Below are positions 24,338-26,724 of a DNA stretch of 26,724 bases, piece by piece; within the stretch, counting starts at the first letter, position 1; each line of letters opens with the position of its first letter. The translations under genes were made by a program, and so were the position numbers. The notes beneath the pieces are model-generated. The model worked only from the letters and a program-made list of their open reading frames with translations, was not told the DNA's origin and ran no database searches. Source of the stretch: Myxococcota bacterium (lineage in GTDB: Bacteria; Myxococcota_A; Polyangia; Polyangiales; Houyiibacteriaceae); the NCBI GenBank assembly GCA_039030515.1, contig JBCCEA010000047.1, forward strand, positions 1 to 26,724. The letters are read 5' to 3'.

Positions 24338-26521
24338 TTGAACTACGATTTTGTAGCTACCGCGCCGCTCGGTTTCGAGTCCTTGCTCGCAGATGAACTC
24401 GTTTCTCTCGGGATCGACGCAAAGGTATCGGGCTCGGTGGTCCCATTTTCAGGGACTCTCGAGGTGGCCTACCGCGTGTGTCTCTGGTCGCGGATCGCCG
24501 GTCGTCTCTTGCTCCCTCTCCGCAGGTTTGAGGCGCCTGATGAAGACCGTCTCTATGAAGGCGTCTACTCCATCGACTGGTGGACGCATATTCACGTCGA
24601 TCGCACCTTTGCCGTGCAGTGTGTTTCTTCTCGGAACGACGCCACCCACACCCATTACTGGGCGCTTCGGACGAAGGATGCGATCTGCGATGCCTTTCGC
24701 GAGCGGTGTGGTGATCGTCCCTCGGTCGACACCTCTGATCCCGACGTTCGCGTGCACGTCTACCTGGAAGGTGCGTCGGCAGACTTCTCGGTTACGGTAT
24801 CCCTTGAGCTTTCCGGCACGGGACTGCATCGTCGCGGCTATCGTCCCAGGCAGGCTGCTGCCCCGCTGAGAGAACACCTCGCGGCCGCGCTGCTGCTTCA
24901 AGCGGGTTATCCCGATGCGCTTGCGAAGGACGTTCCGGTGATCGATCCGATGTGTGGCTCTGGTACGCTGCTCATAGAAGCGGCGTGTTTGGCGGGCGGT
25001 ATCGCCCCCGGGGCGATCGATCCAGCATCGCGCGTCACCCGTGCCTGGGCCCACCACGATGAGGCTTGCTTTCGCGAACTTGCAGCGGAGGCTTCGGCTT
25101 CTTTACGTAACGCGGATTTAGGGGACCGCATCTGGGTCGGTTCGGACGCCTCGGGGGAGGCTCTGGAGCATGCCAAGCAAAGCGCCGCCCGCGCGGGTCT
25201 GCACTGCTTTCGTTTTGAGAAGCGATCTCTGAAGGAGTGTCGCCCGCCTGAGGGTCCCTCGGGATGGGTGGTGGTCAATCCTCCTTGGGGTGAACGATTG
25301 GGTGATGCGAGGGAGCTAATCCCCCTCTACCAAGAGCTCGGCGACGTACTACGACGGAGATTTCTCGGCTACCGAGCCTTGGTGCTTGCGAGCACCGAAG
25401 CGCCCTACCGACATTTGGGGCTGAAACCGGATAAGAGGCATGTCGTGTATTGCGGAGGCATCGAGTGTCGACTTTTGGAGATTCCGATTCATGTCTCTGC
25501 ACCCAAAGCAGAGGCACCCGCGTTTCGAAAGGCTTCCGACCAAGCTGCTCCTTTTCGCAATCGCTTGAGGAAGAATCGCGACCGTCTTGAACCGTGGGCG
25601 TCGGCTCAGGCGCTCGAGGCATACCGGATCTACGATGCAGACATACCGGAGTATGATGTCGCCATAGATCGCTATGGATCGCACGTCTTGGTGCATGAAC
25701 GCGCTCGTCCTCGGGGGAAGGCCACCGAGATGGCCGATCGGCGTTTGCGCGACGTGATGGCGGTGATCAGCGAAGTGCTCTCGACGCCTCCGGATCACAT
25801 CCACCTTCGCGTTCGGCGCCGGATGGCCCCGCATCGTCAGATAGAACGCCGATCGCCAACAAGCACTCAGTCTGAAGGTCGAAGTGCATCTGCTTTGCCG
25901 GCCGACCTACCGGAGGGCGCAATGGTGATTCAGGAGTCCGGGCATCGGTTTGTTGTCAATCTCACCGAATATATGGATACCGGTATTTATCTCGATCAGC
26001 GCCGGGTGCGTGCGCTGATCAAAAAAGAAGCCCCCGGCAAGCGCTTTTTGAATCTCTTTGCCTACACCTGCACGGCCACGGTGTACGCGGCTGCTGCCGA
26101 GCGCAGCGTGAGCGTCGATCTATCGAATACCTACCTGCGTTGGGCCGAACACAACTTTGAGCTCAACGGCGTCGATTCGAGCCGGCATCGACTGCATCGG
26201 GCGGACTGCCGGCGCTACATCGAAGAGACTTCCGAGCGTTTCGACCTCATTCTGCTGGCGCCTCCGAGTTTTTCGCGGAGCAAGGCGATGTCGGGAGACC
26301 TCGATCTGATGCGCGACCTGCCAGACCTGCTGAAGCGCAGCTGCAACCTGCTCGCTCCCGGAGGGACCCTTCTCTTCAGCGCCCACCTTCAAAAGCTGCC
26401 GGAAGTAGAGCACGCGGTATCGTTCTGCTCCGCTCGTGAGCTGACCCAGGCACTGGTTCCGCGTGATTTTGGGAGGGGGTGTTTTCGCGTGTTCCGCTTC
26501 GACCACCGCGGCCGGCCATAG
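24338..26521 (+). CDS. rlmKL: Bifunctional 23S rRNA m2G2445/m7G2069 methyltransferase RlmKL
   Basis: THUMP domain (AYRVCLWSRIA, RTKDAICD), LHRRGYR, APLREHLAAA, DPMCGSGT and NPPWGERL; second MTase domain FRNRLRKN, YRIYDADIPEY, YMDTGIYLDQR, FLNLFAYT and VDLSNTYL. TTG start. Confidence 0.95.
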   Translation: MNYDFVATAPLGFESLLADELVSLGIDAKVSGSVVPFSGTLEVAYRVCLWSRIAGRLLLPLRRFEAPDEDRLYEGVYSIDWWTHIHVDRTFAVQCVSSRNDATHTHYWALRTKDAICDAFRERCGDRPSVDTSDPDVRVHVYLEGASADFSVTVSLELSGTGLHRRGYRPRQAAAPLREHLAAALLLQAGYPDALAKDVPVIDPMCGSGTLLIEAACLAGGIAPGAIDPASRVTRAWAHHDEACFRELAAEASASLRNADLGDRIWVGSDASGEALEHAKQSAARAGLHCFRFEKRSLKECRPPEGPSGWVVVNPPWGERLGDARELIPLYQELGDVLRRRFLGYRALVLASTEAPYRHLGLKPDKRHVVYCGGIECRLLEIPIHVSAPKAEAPAFRKASDQAAPFRNRLRKNRDRLEPWASAQALEAYRIYDADIPEYDVAIDRYGSHVLVHERARPRGKATEMADRRLRDVMAVISEVLSTPPDHIHLRVRRRMAPHRQIERRSPTSTQSEGRSASALPADLPEGAMVIQESGHRFVVNLTEYMDTGIYLDQRRVRALIKKEAPGKRFLNLFAYTCTATVYAAAAERSVSVDLSNTYLRWAEHNFELNGVDSSRHRLHRADCRRYIEETSERFDLILLAPPSFSRSKAMSGDLDLMRDLPDLLKRSCNLLAPGGTLLFSAHLQKLPEVEHAVSFCSARELTQALVPRDFGRGCFRVFRFDHRGRP

Positions 26522-26653
26522 GCGCCACAAAGCCGCTTGCCGCCTTGCTCGTCGTCGTCAGGTACCAATGTGTACCCTCCTCCTCGCTCCAGCACGCCTC
26601 GCTAGACCTGAACGCCCGCTTACCTCCCATGCTCGACGTTCGAAGTAGCAAAA

Positions 26654-26722
26654 CTACTCCTTCACGTCTGCGCGTGCGGGGCGCTGGGCGTTCAAGCCCA
26701 TCGAGACGCGCTGGTCGGGGGC
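26654..26722 (-). CDS. Possible 3' end of a gene entering from the right edge
   Basis: Open frame APDQRVSMGLNAQRPARADVKE* on the minus strand with GC-rich third positions; too short to identify. Confidence 0.25.
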   Translation of the reverse strand, partial: APDQRVSMGLNAQRPARADVKE

Positions 26723-26724
26723 GC

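Overview
A 26.7-kb, gene-dense bacterial chromosomal segment. The gene content and protein style suggest a myxobacterium or related deltaproteobacterium, which is inference only. Coding content from left to right: Rieske non-heme iron oxygenase; acyl-CoA (isovaleryl-CoA-like) dehydrogenase; a divergent pair of Hpt/pseudo-receiver and Ser/Thr kinase-receiver genes; a minus-strand run of truncated globin, radical SAM, rsgA and CPBP protease; TerB; PhoX; two hypothetical genes; an orphan vgrG with an unusual repeat-bearing N-terminal extension; another hypothetical gene; rnhB, prfC, a YceI protein, oligopeptidase A (prlC) and rlmKL. No transposase, integrase, cas gene, reverse transcriptase, rRNA or tRNA was recognised. 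The most unusual feature is non-coding. A 15-nt imperfect palindrome, CCGTACC(C/T)GGTCAGG, forms two differently built intergenic arrays about 10.7 kb apart in the same orientation. One has 6 copies at mostly 33-bp spacing (60-265). The other has about 25 copies joined by a small set of linkers, with most copies bracketed by a 40-bp direct repeat (10756-11500). Other leads are a candidate structured RNA upstream of prlC, candidate leaderless promoters, and several non-canonical catalytic motifs. All calls come from manual reading of the sequence and ORF track; no database searches were run.
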